A stretch of DNA of 64,000 nucleotides from an uncultured bacterium (GTDB lineage: Bacteria > Omnitrophota > Omnitrophia > Omnitrophales > Aquincolibacteriaceae): NCBI GenBank assembly GCA_964434115.1, contig CAYSSX010000005.1:159063-223062 (forward strand). Reading direction: 5' to 3'. Both the position numbers and the translations under genes were made by a program. Within the stretch, counting starts at the first letter, position 1. The number at the start of each line of letters is the position of its first letter. The notes beneath the pieces were generated by a model. It ran no database searches, had not been told where the DNA came from, and saw only the letters and a list, made by a program, of their open reading frames with translations. Shown piece after piece: positions 1 to 9,422 of this stretch.

Positions 1-236
1 TTCATGGGAACCTCCTTTTTTACCTGCTTTTCTCGTACTATTCCCATGAATAGCCTAGACCTTTCCCCGTTCCCAAAGCGTGACCAAAATCACTAGCAGA
101 AATGCTTTTCATTTCTGCAATAGGTGAAAGTTAGTCACACGCTTCTAGGGACTAACTTTCATCGTAGCAGCGGAAACCACTTTCTTGTTTCCGCAAAAGG
201 AGAAAGTTAGTCACATGCTTCTGGAGACTAACTTTC
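1..236. repeat. Cluster of five perfect stem-loops. Stems are 1-9/42-50, 96-104/110-118, 126-136/150-160, 170-177/187-194 and 202-212/226-236. The 11-13-11 palindrome GAAAGTTAGTC-N13-GACTAACTTTC occurs twice, 76 bp apart.
   Basis: Read directly from the sequence. Stems are ttcatggga/tcccatgaa; gcagaaatg-ctttt-catttctgc; gaaagttagtc..gactaactttc (twice, loops differ at 3 positions); gcggaaac..gtttccgc. The region lies 3' of the minus-strand gene 301-1254 in AT-rich DNA. Confidence 0.5.
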
Positions 237-300
237 TCCGCGCAAGTCCTCATTCTGAATCAAACACAGCACTTTTGGAAGGGGTACGCAATTTAAATGC

Positions 301-1254
301 TCATTTATTCCAAAATTGCTTTACGCCTTCATTGTCTTTAAATAAAAGGAAATCTTTCTCATTGAGCAAAATGCCTTGATATGCTCGCCGAGCAAGTTGC
401 TCACATTGATAAGCTCGCAGCTGCTGAATACTTGTGTAGCTCTCTTTTAGTCCATGCAAATGATCAAAATCACATCGCATATCATAAATTTCTCCAAGAA
501 TTTTTTGAGAATCCCCAATAAATACTTTTGGGTTGATGTCTTTTGACCACCATTTTGCCACCCGTGATTTGAACTGGTTAGCCGTTTTGCCTTGTTCTGG
601 AAGAATAAGAGCCTCCAGAGATCGGACAAAAAAAGGCAGGCGATATTCCAAATAATATTCACTGCATGCTTTTTCAAAACTTCTCAAACCTAACCAGACT
701 CTTAAATATTCATTGTCTTTACGACGACTTTGAAGAAATCTCATCGTCTTATATAAGGCCCGCCATTGTTTCAGGCGGGATTCATCAATTTTTTCAATAA
801 TTCCAACCTGCCCCTCATGATGTTCGTCATAGCCTGGCAAATACCATTTCGCTAAATCTTCATAATGATTTACGCGCAATTTTTCTTCAATTGTATATCC
901 ACAGGTTTTGAAAGAACGCTCAGTGTGAACTGGTGCCGTTAACTTCAAGGCAACCCATGCAGTTTGTAACTTGTTCAATAGTTCTTCGCTTTCATGATCC
1001 TGGATTTCCGAGGTCGCGCTAGTGCGCTTTATTTCCAATACAGCATTGGACCTTTTGAGCGATTCCCATTCGATACTTCCGACCCATTCTTTCCAGACCG
1101 ATTCTTCCAGCTTGTCTATCAGTTTATTCTCATTCCGTGCGAGCATTAAATTCGCATCTTCATCAAAAGAAAACTCATAATCGTTTTCAAATGAATGAGA
1201 GAGGCCTTCGATAAATAAGTGCGCAACTTTCAACTTCTCTGTTTTTACAATCAA
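301..1254 (-). CDS. Hypothetical protein, possibly HEPN/Abi_2-like abortive-infection family
   Basis: 317-aa ORF in an AT-rich segment whose composition differs from the rest of the window. C-terminal R-x4-H motif (MRCDFDH) has the spacing of HEPN/Abi_2 family motifs. Size matches Abi_2-like proteins. Inference only. Confidence 0.5.
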   Translation of the reverse strand: MIVKTEKLKVAHLFIEGLSHSFENDYEFSFDEDANLMLARNENKLIDKLEESVWKEWVGSIEWESLKRSNAVLEIKRTSATSEIQDHESEELLNKLQTAWVALKLTAPVHTERSFKTCGYTIEEKLRVNHYEDLAKWYLPGYDEHHEGQVGIIEKIDESRLKQWRALYKTMRFLQSRRKDNEYLRVWLGLRSFEKACSEYYLEYRLPFFVRSLEALILPEQGKTANQFKSRVAKWWSKDINPKVFIGDSQKILGEIYDMRCDFDHLHGLKESYTSIQQLRAYQCEQLARRAYQGILLNEKDFLLFKDNEGVKQFWNK

Positions 1255-1378
1255 GTTAAATTTCTCCTAAGCGCATCGCTTCCAGAACATGTTTTTCCAT
1301 TTGAAGAAACGAGCTTTATCGCTTGGGTTTATTTGTGACGTCAAATGGTACCGTTTATCTAAGGGACACGTAAGATTT

Positions 1379-2209
1379 TCACCACGGTATTGTAACCCCA
1401 CCCTCAACAGCCGACTCTGCCAATGATTTCTTCAGGCGGACAAAGGCCTGGGCATTGCCTTTCCAAAAATCGCGGGTGAAAATGAGTTCAACACCCAGCG
1501 GCTCACCGCTTCGCCCCGTAAGCTGGGCGGAACAGGTCATGTCTTTTGTGAACTCATACTCGGCCCCAAAACGAAGCACGCTTTTCTTTCGTTTTCCGGA
1601 TTCAACCTCAAACACGAGGCCCAGTCTGTCTGAGAACTTCCACTTTCCAAACAGCGTAAGCGTGCGTGATTTCCCAAACCGGCCTTCAAGTGAGGCGCCA
1701 AGCTGGTAACGAATCTCCCCTTTTTTCGCGAGAATGCTCTTGGTTTGAAACGCGCCGCTCAAGCGAAAGGTTTCGCCGCTTGCGCCTTCAAGGGTGTAAG
1801 TAAGCCGGTGATCTTCGGAAAGGCCCCAGAAACCCTTGAAAATCAGGGTGCTCAGGCCGGTTCCTTTTCTTTTGCGCCAGGCATAGATAATTTCGTTGGA
1901 TGCGCCGACTTTCCACGCACCTTGAAACGTGAGCACATCGTTGGCGCCAGACTCGCGCTCAATCTCAAATTCGATCTGTTTTTTTTCATTCAAACGCCAC
2001 GAGCCGCCAAGGCGCGCCGTGCGCGTAACGCGTTTACCGTTTTTTTGTTTTTCAGAAACCGCGAGTACCAAAGCATCGGGGTCCGCGGCAATCAGGGAGG
2101 TTTGAAATTCGAGGGCTTCGAGCTTCGCGTCTTCATCTCGGCGGTAAGCAAGCGTGTGGCCCGGGCCAAGCTCCCACCGGCCTTTGACAAGCCTGCCGTT
2201 TTTCTTCAA
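1379..2209 (-). CDS. Hypothetical protein (276 aa)
   Basis: GC-rich ORF with coding-like composition. No recognisable motif. Repetitive beta-strand-like segments. Confidence 0.45.
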   Translation of the reverse strand: MKKNGRLVKGRWELGPGHTLAYRRDEDAKLEALEFQTSLIAADPDALVLAVSEKQKNGKRVTRTARLGGSWRLNEKKQIEFEIERESGANDVLTFQGAWKVGASNEIIYAWRKRKGTGLSTLIFKGFWGLSEDHRLTYTLEGASGETFRLSGAFQTKSILAKKGEIRYQLGASLEGRFGKSRTLTLFGKWKFSDRLGLVFEVESGKRKKSVLRFGAEYEFTKDMTCSAQLTGRSGEPLGVELIFTRDFWKGNAQAFVRLKKSLAESAVEGGVTIPW

Positions 2210-2310
2210 TTCATTGAGGGTTCTTATCAGGGGGACTTCCCTCTCATTTAATGAGGGAGAGTATAAGGAATGTCCCGTGAGTGGGCAACTTTAATGACAA
2301 TTATCTATGT

Positions 2311-2874
2311 TTATGAACTTGTCCCGGACAAGGCCTTTGCGGCTTCGGATACGGCTTCATCCAGGTTGGGGTATTGATGGATCACCACACCCTCTGCATC
2401 AAGGATAAAAATCGTGTTCTGATGAATGAACATTCCGTTCGCGGCTTCTTTGAAATTAAAATCCAAGGCCGCGGAGAGCTCCTGAACCGTATTTTTGTTT
2501 GAGGTCAGAAGCAGCCAGTTTTCTTTTCCAAGGGCATGCGCTTTTGCAAAATCCTTCAGCGACTTCGGGGTGTCCCGTTTGGGGTCCATTGAAAAAAGAA
2601 CAAAACCTACCTTGCCCGACTTTTCCGGGGGCAATTGCCGCTCAATTTTTTTAATGGATTCGACAATCAGCGGGCAAGCGCTGCTGCAGTGAGTGTATAT
2701 CATGGCCGCAACCCAAACCTTCCCCTGCAGCGATTCGAGGGTCTGCTTTTTTCCGTCCTGACGGGTCCACTCCTGTTTAAGCTGGTACAGGGATTTTTCC
2801 GGGAAATCGGCAGCGAAAGCACGGCCCGTGATTCCGAGAAAAATAAGCCCCGACAACAAAATTATATTTTTCAT
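2311..2874 (-). CDS. SCO1/SenC family copper chaperone (thioredoxin-like)
   Basis: N-terminal signal/TM segment. CxxxC motif in thioredoxin-like context (YTHCSSACP) is typical of the SCO family. The start ATG overlaps the nirV stop (ATGA), suggesting translational coupling. Confidence 0.75.
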   Translation of the reverse strand: MKNIILLSGLIFLGITGRAFAADFPEKSLYQLKQEWTRQDGKKQTLESLQGKVWVAAMIYTHCSSACPLIVESIKKIERQLPPEKSGKVGFVLFSMDPKRDTPKSLKDFAKAHALGKENWLLLTSNKNTVQELSAALDFNFKEAANGMFIHQNTIFILDAEGVVIHQYPNLDEAVSEAAKALSGTSS

Positions 2875-3635
2875 GCATTCCCTTTGGCGCATCGAAAGCC
2901 TAAATCCTTGATCGTGTAACTTCCCTTTAAACTGCTTCGAAAGGCAAATCTCATAAATGCGGCATAGTCAGACGGGTCGCCCGATATTCCTGCGCCGCCC
3001 GCGCAGAACAAATTCTCCGGGAACTTGGTTCCGCTCGCACGGCCGTCTGTTTTCGGTATGGACTTAAAATCAAAAACCCATTCCCAAATAAGGCCATGCA
3101 TATCATAAACGCCGTAAAAATTAGGCGCGCTTTTCCCAACCTCTGACAAAACATCTTGAGAGGGTCTGGAATACCAGCTTAAAATCCGGGACTTGTCCTC
3201 GTCTTGGCTTTTGCTGTTCGCGGCTGGCCCGCCCGCACGCGCGGCATATTCCCATTCCTCCAAGGTGGGCAGCCGCTCGCCTTTTGATTCGCAATAGGCC
3301 TTGGCTGCAAACCAGGACACATAAGTCACGGGAGCTTTTTCAGCCTGAACCTGATCGTCGCCCTTCCAGTTTTTTAAATAATCCGAATCGGCTAGGAGGC
3401 GTTTAACCTGAGACCGCCGCCAGGACGAATTCGCTCTTACAAAACCAAGGTACTGGGCCTGGGTAACGGGAAAAGCATCGAGCTTAAAAGACCGCATTTT
3501 GACGGGTTTTTTTTCTGCCTCAAAAAAAGGCACATACTCCCCTTTGGGAATATGTGCCTTCCGGATGCTGTCTGCACTCTGGCAAGACGCAGAAAAAAGC
3601 AGGAGAACAAAGACACCGCACAGCTTTCGAAACAT
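2871..3635 (-). CDS. nirV: Formylglycine-generating-enzyme (FGE/SUMF1) family protein, NirV-like
   Basis: FGE-sulfatase family signatures (YRGGSW-like, WEW motifs, lipoprotein-like signal peptide). Position immediately downstream of nirK is the typical nirV location. Confidence 0.7.
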   Translation of the reverse strand: MFRKLCGVFVLLLFSASCQSADSIRKAHIPKGEYVPFFEAEKKPVKMRSFKLDAFPVTQAQYLGFVRANSSWRRSQVKRLLADSDYLKNWKGDDQVQAEKAPVTYVSWFAAKAYCESKGERLPTLEEWEYAARAGGPAANSKSQDEDKSRILSWYSRPSQDVLSEVGKSAPNFYGVYDMHGLIWEWVFDFKSIPKTDGRASGTKFPENLFCAGGAGISGDPSDYAAFMRFAFRSSLKGSYTIKDLGFRCAKGNA

Positions 3636-3637
3636 TT

Positions 3638-5062
3638 TTATTTAAGCTCAATCTTGCCCAGTTTTTTAGCTTCCGCTACTTTTTCAGGTGTAATCTCCTG
3701 CCCAGAATTTCCCCACGTGTTGTACACATAGGTAAGAATGTTTGCGATTTCCTCATCGCTCAGCTGCAGGGCGGGCATAACGCCATTGTAAGGTTCTCCA
3801 TTTACTTTCAAGCCTCCGCTTAAACCATGCGCAACAACCCGCATCGCGCGGTTTGCATCTGCATTTAGAAAATCAGAACCGGCCAGCGGGGGGAAGGCTG
3901 ACGGAATTCCCTGGCCGTTCGACTGGTGGCAGGCCATACAATTTCTTTTGTATGCGGTTTCTCCGGCTTTAATCCTTTCCTCCTTCGTGCTTGCCGCCGG
4001 TGCCGGAGAAGACGATTCTGCGGCAATGCTTTGAAGGGCGGATCCTTCCGGAAGATAAACTTCGTCACCGATTTTTCCAGAATAAATTTCCTTGTTCTCG
4101 GGCCCGCTGACTTTAAGCTGGCCGACCGCACCTTTATTGAAGGCGCGAAAAATGGAGTGGTCCACAAGGATGTAAGTACCCGGAACCTGCACCTTGAATT
4201 CCGTAATCGCAGAGCCGCCCGCGGGGATCAGTGTGGTCTGAACATTGCTGCTTTCCGCTGAGCCGCCTTCGGAAAAAACCTTGTCAAATATTTCTCCAAT
4301 CACGTGAAAAGACGATACAAGATTCGGCCCGCCGTTGCCAACATACAAACGCACCGATTCTCCGACTTTTGCCTGCAAGGCAGAATCTCCGGTCAATGCC
4401 CCGACCGATCCGTTAAAAACAACATAATCCGGCTGCTCCTTGAGAGCTTTTTCCATATCAAACGGCTGAAGGCCCGCGGTGCCGTATTTGTCTTTAGTGT
4501 AAAACTCGCTCTGCATCACGTAATACTCGTGATCAACTTTTGAAAGACCCGCGGCAGGCTCAACCAGAATCAAGCCGTACATGCCGTTGGCAACGTGCAT
4601 ACCCACAGGCGCGGTGGCGCAGTGATAAACGTATAAGCCAGGGTTGATCGCCTTGAACGAGAAAACCGAAGTGTGTCCTGGAGCTGTAAAGGTTGAGGCC
4701 GCTCCGCCGCCGGGTCCAGTGACCGAGTGCAGATCGATGTTGTGCGGCATTTTGTTATCCGGATGATTGCTCAGATGCACTTCCACGAGATCGCCCTCAC
4801 GAACGCGGACAAAGGGGCCGGGAACATGGCCGCCGAATGTCCAGAAGGTGTACTCCACGCCGTCAGCCAGCCGGCTCACAAGTTCCCGGGTTTCAATTTT
4901 CACAATCACCTTAGCGGGTTTCTTGCGTGTAATCGGCGGCGGCACTTCAGGTGCATGCGTTAATACCGCAATTTCCTCCCCTTTGATTTCTTCCGCCCTG
5001 CCCAGCGCAGGAAAAGACAAGAAGACAACGGTACTTATAAAAAGCACGGCTGGAAATCGCAT
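3638..5062 (-). CDS. nirK: Copper-containing nitrite reductase NirK with C-terminal mono-haem cytochrome c domain
   Basis: Type-1 and type-2 Cu ligand motifs of multicopper nitrite reductase (Hx[10 protein letters not shown]) and a C-terminal CMACH haem-binding motif. Signal peptide begins at the internal Met (MRFPAVLF), which is preceded by an AGAGGAG RBS; start was moved there from 5110. Confidence 0.9.
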   Translation of the reverse strand: MRFPAVLFISTVVFLSFPALGRAEEIKGEEIAVLTHAPEVPPPITRKKPAKVIVKIETRELVSRLADGVEYTFWTFGGHVPGPFVRVREGDLVEVHLSNHPDNKMPHNIDLHSVTGPGGGAASTFTAPGHTSVFSFKAINPGLYVYHCATAPVGMHVANGMYGLILVEPAAGLSKVDHEYYVMQSEFYTKDKYGTAGLQPFDMEKALKEQPDYVVFNGSVGALTGDSALQAKVGESVRLYVGNGGPNLVSSFHVIGEIFDKVFSEGGSAESSNVQTTLIPAGGSAITEFKVQVPGTYILVDHSIFRAFNKGAVGQLKVSGPENKEIYSGKIGDEVYLPEGSALQSIAAESSSPAPAASTKEERIKAGETAYKRNCMACHQSNGQGIPSAFPPLAGSDFLNADANRAMRVVAHGLSGGLKVNGEPYNGVMPALQLSDEEIANILTYVYNTWGNSGQEITPEKVAEAKKLGKIELK

Positions 5063-5172
5063 AAAAACTCCTCTGTTTTTAACCTCACGCTTTAAAAATC
5101 TTAAGGCCATGCAAGCTGCAAAGGAACTCTCTCTCGGGAGGGCTCATTTCCCACGCCCCGTCTTGAAAGTTT

Positions 5173-5694
5173 TTAGTGATGCCCGCCGCAGCAAGTCTGA
5201 TAGCGCTCAACCGGAATGCTTTCCATGGCTAAAAACATCTCAGCAACTTCTTCTTCCGTAAGCAGCTGATCCATGGCGGGGTAAAGCACCTGCTCTTCTT
5301 TTTGGTTGTGCGCTGTTAGAATCTCAACCAATTGAGCTTCCTCAACGTCGCTAGAAGGGTCGGCCCTGCGCACTTTATTGTGAAGCTCTTCCAGAAGGGC
5401 GCCGATGCGCCGATGCTCTTCACGCATGACAAAAGTGGGGCCGCTGTCTTTCATTCCGGTTTTCTCCTCAAAGGCGGGAAACAAGACATCCTCTTCCCAG
5501 ACAATATGCCGCTTGAGACCGTTGTTAAAAATTTTGAAATACGGTTTAGCCTGGGCTGTCGAAAATTCCTTTTTCCGCTGAAACTGCTTAAAAACCATGT
5601 CGAGCCTGTCATGATCTGCTTCAAAGTATTCCGTAATCAATTTCATTTTTTCCATAAACGCTTCCCTCTGAATGATTTTATCCCGGACGCTCAC
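5173..5694 (-). CDS. Hemerythrin HHE cation-binding domain protein (DnrN/NorA-like NO-responsive di-iron protein)
   Basis: His/Glu/Asp-rich helical motifs of the hemerythrin-like fold. Sits within the nsrR-norZ cluster, as DnrN/NorA does in other denitrifiers. Confidence 0.65.
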   Translation of the reverse strand: MSVRDKIIQREAFMEKMKLITEYFEADHDRLDMVFKQFQRKKEFSTAQAKPYFKIFNNGLKRHIVWEEDVLFPAFEEKTGMKDSGPTFVMREEHRRIGALLEELHNKVRRADPSSDVEEAQLVEILTAHNQKEEQVLYPAMDQLLTEEEVAEMFLAMESIPVERYQTCCGGHH

Positions 5695-5714
5695 ATACTG
5701 ATCAGGCGGGCGGA

Positions 5715-7139
5715 TTAAAGTTTGAGTGCTATCTGCGTATAAAGAAAGTTGGCGCCGTCATTGCCTCCTGTATCCTGAGCAAAGGGACCGGCAAAAAAAT
5801 GAGAGTATCCAACCAGAGCGGAAAGGTATTTGTTAATCGCGTAAGTTGAGTACAGATCAAGCTCTTCGCCAAGCTGTGTGCTGGCATTGGCATTTGCCGC
5901 ACGAAACACAGCGCCGGATGCGTTAAACCAGGGTGATTCCTTGGCGTCCAGAAAGAACCAGTGAAATTCCGAGGCTATCTGAAACTTTCCCGCCGGCTTG
6001 ACGCTGGTTCCCAGCATGATGTCATTTATGTTTTTCAGAGAGACAAAATCGATCAAGCCATATTTGTTATGATTGGTCGGGAACAAATTATCAAACGTGC
6101 TGACCACGCCGTCCGTTGGATTACGGTCGCCGGAGGCATGGTTGTATTCGGCGTAAACACGGGGCGTCCAAAACTGCTTTGAAAAGGTGTAGCCGAGATC
6201 CTGGTGAAACGCCCAGGCTTCAATATCATCCTGAGCCCGGCGCCCAAATTGCAAAGCATATTCGGTGCCGTAATCCACGGCGCCCTTTTTACCCTTCAAG
6301 CGGTTCCCAAAAGTGTATTCGCGAAGATCACCGCGCTCCCCGCCTTTTTCTCCCACAAGAGAGTCATCACGGTTGTTCCGGATGAAAAGAAAACTGTCGA
6401 CGGTATGATCTTTTATCTTTTTATACGCAGCATAGAGCCCATAAGAATTGTCATCATGCATGGTTTTATCTGCTGTCTTGGTTTCATTGCGAACCACTTG
6501 TGAGAAAAAAGCATCCAGCTGAAGCCATGGGTAAGGACTATAAACCGTTTTCACAGCATCAAAAACACGGGCCGTGTTGCTCCAGTTGAGGGGGCCGACA
6601 AAGCGCTCATCGCCATAGGAAAGTTCCTGCCTCCCGGCCTTGATCGTGACCGGGATCTCACGAAAGGGCTTGTCGGCTTCAACAAACAACTGACGAAGGT
6701 CAATCTCATTGACAAAAAGATTGGTTTTATTTAACCCGCTTTCGGCAAAGCTCTGCGCCGCCTGCGCTTCCGCAAAAACACGGTAAGTACTTTTGCTGTC
6801 CTGGGGTTTTATTTTCAGATCGGCATTCAGCCGGTTGCGGAACAAATTAACAGCGTCATCTTCGTAGCGTGCGTCAATCAGGCTAAAATCATCCCGGTAC
6901 TCAAAACGATAACGCGATTCCACGCCCCATTTCAGCGTAATTTCATCGCCTTTTAAATGCATGGGTGCAGCGGCGCGGTCCATCCATGAGGCCATGGCTT
7001 CTGTGGACTGTTGCTTGTTTTCCTGTGCTGACGGCAGGGCTTTTCCGGCGGCCGCCTCTGCTGCCCAAGAAGCTCCCGCACCACCCCAAAAAATTGCTGC
7101 TGCTGCACTCAAACAGAAAAATGCACGGCAGGTTCTCAT
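5715..7139 (-). CDS. Alginate-export-family (AlgE-like) outer-membrane beta-barrel porin
   Basis: Signal peptide. Alternating amphipathic beta-strand pattern, aromatic-rich, C-terminal LKL-type end. AlgE-like porins commonly accompany nor/nir genes. Confidence 0.55.
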   Translation of the reverse strand: MRTCRAFFCLSAAAAIFWGGAGASWAAEAAAGKALPSAQENKQQSTEAMASWMDRAAAPMHLKGDEITLKWGVESRYRFEYRDDFSLIDARYEDDAVNLFRNRLNADLKIKPQDSKSTYRVFAEAQAAQSFAESGLNKTNLFVNEIDLRQLFVEADKPFREIPVTIKAGRQELSYGDERFVGPLNWSNTARVFDAVKTVYSPYPWLQLDAFFSQVVRNETKTADKTMHDDNSYGLYAAYKKIKDHTVDSFLFIRNNRDDSLVGEKGGERGDLREYTFGNRLKGKKGAVDYGTEYALQFGRRAQDDIEAWAFHQDLGYTFSKQFWTPRVYAEYNHASGDRNPTDGVVSTFDNLFPTNHNKYGLIDFVSLKNINDIMLGTSVKPAGKFQIASEFHWFFLDAKESPWFNASGAVFRAANANASTQLGEELDLYSTYAINKYLSALVGYSHFFAGPFAQDTGGNDGANFLYTQIALKL

Positions 7140-7142
7140 CGA

Positions 7143-9422
7143 CTACTCCTCTGTTACAGAACGCAGGCTTTTCCAGCGGCTCACCATGAAATAGAGCACA
7201 GGCAAAGTACCGCCCAAAACAAAAACCAAATCGCCCACGACCCTTGCCCAGGTAAACCCCTGAAAAAAGACAGAGTTGATCGTGGCGCTTGAGCGCGCAT
7301 ACCAGAAACCGTATTTGAAGCTTTGCACGAGCTGATAAATTCCGGCAGGGAAAATACTGATGGCCAGCATGGCGAGAAGTCCTATATTAATGCACCAAAA
7401 AGAAACCGCCCAGACTTTGTGGTTCCACTTTTCAGGCTTAATCGTGACGCGTGCGCAAAACGCCATCGCTGCAAGCGCAAGGTTTCCGTAAACTCCCATC
7501 AATGCGCCGTGCCCGTGGTTAGAGGTCAGATACGTTGCGTGCTCGTAGTAACTGACGATGGGTAAATTGATCAGGAATCCAAAAATGCCTGCACCGAGAA
7601 AATTCCAGAAACCCACGGCCATGAGGTACATCACCGCCCACTTATGGGGGAACTCTTCCGGGTTAACGCTGATGACGCTTTTATCGTACTTCAGCCGGAT
7701 GAAATCCCAGGCCTCCAAGGTCAGCAGCACGAGAGGCACGACTTCCGCCGCCGAGAAAACAGCGCCCAGCGCAAGGTTGATTGCGGGCTGCGCTGTCCAG
7801 TAATAGTGATGGGCCGTGCCGATCATCCCGCTTCCGAGATAGAGAATAATATCGAGATAGACCACGCGCTGGGCCGCTGCCGGCCGTACAATGCCTAGCA
7901 ATACAAGAATGTGGGCAACCACAATGGTCGTAAAGAGCTCGAAAAATCCCTCGACCCATAGGTGCACAATCCACCAGCGCCAAAAATCAGCGACCGCGAA
8001 ATTCGTGCTCGGCTTGTACATCATGCCGAAGGAATACATCAATGGAATGGCCAGGATGGAATAAAGAAGAAGGTAAGGCATGCTCCCGGCATCCTGCCCT
8101 TTCAGGGTCGGCTTGATGGCACGAAAGACAATAAAGGCCCAGAGCAGCATCCCGATAGTCAGCAGAATTTGCCAAACACGACCAAGCTCCAGATATTCCC
8201 AGCCCTGGTGCCCGAACCAGAACCACAGTGTTCCGAGCATATTGTTAATTCCAAGCCATTCTCCAAAAATACTTCCGACAGCAACGAGCAGCACTGCCGC
8301 AAACAGAATATTCACTAACAAGGCTTGGCGTTTGGGTTCCTTGCCGCTGACCATTGGCCCCACAAATATCCCGGTTGCAAGCCATGCTGTGGCAATCCAG
8401 AAAATGGAAAGCTGAAGATGCCAGCTTCGGGTAATTGAAATCGGAATGATTTTCCGGATATCAAACCCATAAAACCCGCCCGACTCTACAAAGTAATGCG
8501 CCGTGATAACGCCCATCAATGTTTGAAAAGCAAAAAGCGCGGCAACGACCACAAAAAATTTGTAAGTGGCTTTCTGACTCCCTGTCAGCGGCATTTTCAA
8601 AATAGAGGGCGTCACAACATCTGTGGGCTTTCCATGTCCCCAGCCAAGAAAATCAAAACGGCCGAAGAAAAGCAGAACTAGACCGATGGCGCCCAGAAGC
8701 GAAATTAGGCTTAGCGCGCTCCAGATAAAAACCGCAGTCGATGGGCGATTCCCGACAGAATCATCGGGCGGCCAGTTGTTGGTGAACGAGTAGTCTTTGC
8801 CAGGACGCGGTGTCGAGGCGGCCCAGGATGACCAGGCAAAAAAAGCAGTCAGGTTTTTAATATCTCCCTTGTCAGCAATATAATGGGCAGGCAGCGGATT
8901 TTCTGCGTCCGCATTCGCGAAGTAATCCTGATAATGCTGCACAATCTTTTCATGTGCAAATGCCTGGGCAGGGTTCAGTTTGAGCTGATTTGAAGAGGGC
9001 TCATACCGATTCTGTTTAATCTCAGCAATCACCTGCCGGTCAATGGCAGCTCTTTTATCCTGGTCAATCTGCTCATAGGCAGACCGGAAATTCTGCTCTG
9101 CGTAAAATTCCCGCATCAGCGCACCTTGCCGGTGCAGATAGTCGGCCGTAAAGTCAGGGCCCCGATAGGCCCCATGCCCAAAAATACTTCCATAGTCCAT
9201 CAGCCCGTACTTTTGAAACACGGACTGCCCTGCGAGAATTTCCTCCCCCGTATAAACCGTAATACCCCCGTCCACCACAGCCTTTCCGGAAATGGGCGGC
9301 GCTCCTTCATAAGTTGTCTTTCCCATAAACATAAGTCCCGTGATTCCGACAATAATGGTCAGAACCGCGCCATGCTTCCACCAAGGGGAAATCTTTTCGT
9401 CGTAACTGCCCTGCTGATTCAT
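7143..9422 (-). CDS. norZ: Quinol-dependent nitric oxide reductase (qNOR, NorZ/NorB large form)
   Basis: Haem-copper oxidase superfamily His ligands, 12+ TM helices and an N-terminal extension typical of qNOR. About 759 aa from the internal Met (MNQQ). Its ATG overlaps the nsrR stop (ATGA). Confidence 0.9.
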   Translation of the reverse strand: MNQQGSYDEKISPWWKHGAVLTIIVGITGLMFMGKTTYEGAPPISGKAVVDGGITVYTGEEILAGQSVFQKYGLMDYGSIFGHGAYRGPDFTADYLHRQGALMREFYAEQNFRSAYEQIDQDKRAAIDRQVIAEIKQNRYEPSSNQLKLNPAQAFAHEKIVQHYQDYFANADAENPLPAHYIADKGDIKNLTAFFAWSSWAASTPRPGKDYSFTNNWPPDDSVGNRPSTAVFIWSALSLISLLGAIGLVLLFFGRFDFLGWGHGKPTDVVTPSILKMPLTGSQKATYKFFVVVAALFAFQTLMGVITAHYFVESGGFYGFDIRKIIPISITRSWHLQLSIFWIATAWLATGIFVGPMVSGKEPKRQALLVNILFAAVLLVAVGSIFGEWLGINNMLGTLWFWFGHQGWEYLELGRVWQILLTIGMLLWAFIVFRAIKPTLKGQDAGSMPYLLLYSILAIPLMYSFGMMYKPSTNFAVADFWRWWIVHLWVEGFFELFTTIVVAHILVLLGIVRPAAAQRVVYLDIILYLGSGMIGTAHHYYWTAQPAINLALGAVFSAAEVVPLVLLTLEAWDFIRLKYDKSVISVNPEEFPHKWAVMYLMAVGFWNFLGAGIFGFLINLPIVSYYEHATYLTSNHGHGALMGVYGNLALAAMAFCARVTIKPEKWNHKVWAVSFWCINIGLLAMLAISIFPAGIYQLVQSFKYGFWYARSSATINSVFFQGFTWARVVGDLVFVLGGTLPVLYFMVSRWKSLRSVTEE

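Noticed and set aside
126-236. Possible mini-CRISPR array (two 35-bp palindromic repeats with a 41-bp spacer)
   Set aside because: There are only two copies, and no further repeats in the first 125 bp. The loop sequences differ at 3 positions, and no cas genes are visible. It is treated as a hairpin pair of unknown function instead.
1-300. Integron attC (59-be) site downstream of the 317-aa cassette-like ORF
   Set aside because: The palindrome cores (GTTAGTC/GACTAAC) do not fit the GTTRRRY/RYYYAAC core-site consensus.
185-379. 64-aa plus-strand ORF with a TTG start over the hairpin region
   Set aside because: It spans the palindromic repeats and overlaps the 3' end of the minus-strand gene. 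There is no RBS. Likely spurious.
5063-5172. FNR/NnrR/DNR box or NsrR box upstream of nirK
   Set aside because: No TTGAT-N4-ATCAA motif, and no copy of the TGGATAT half-site seen upstream of nsrR. CTTTAAAAATCTTAAG is only weakly palindromic.
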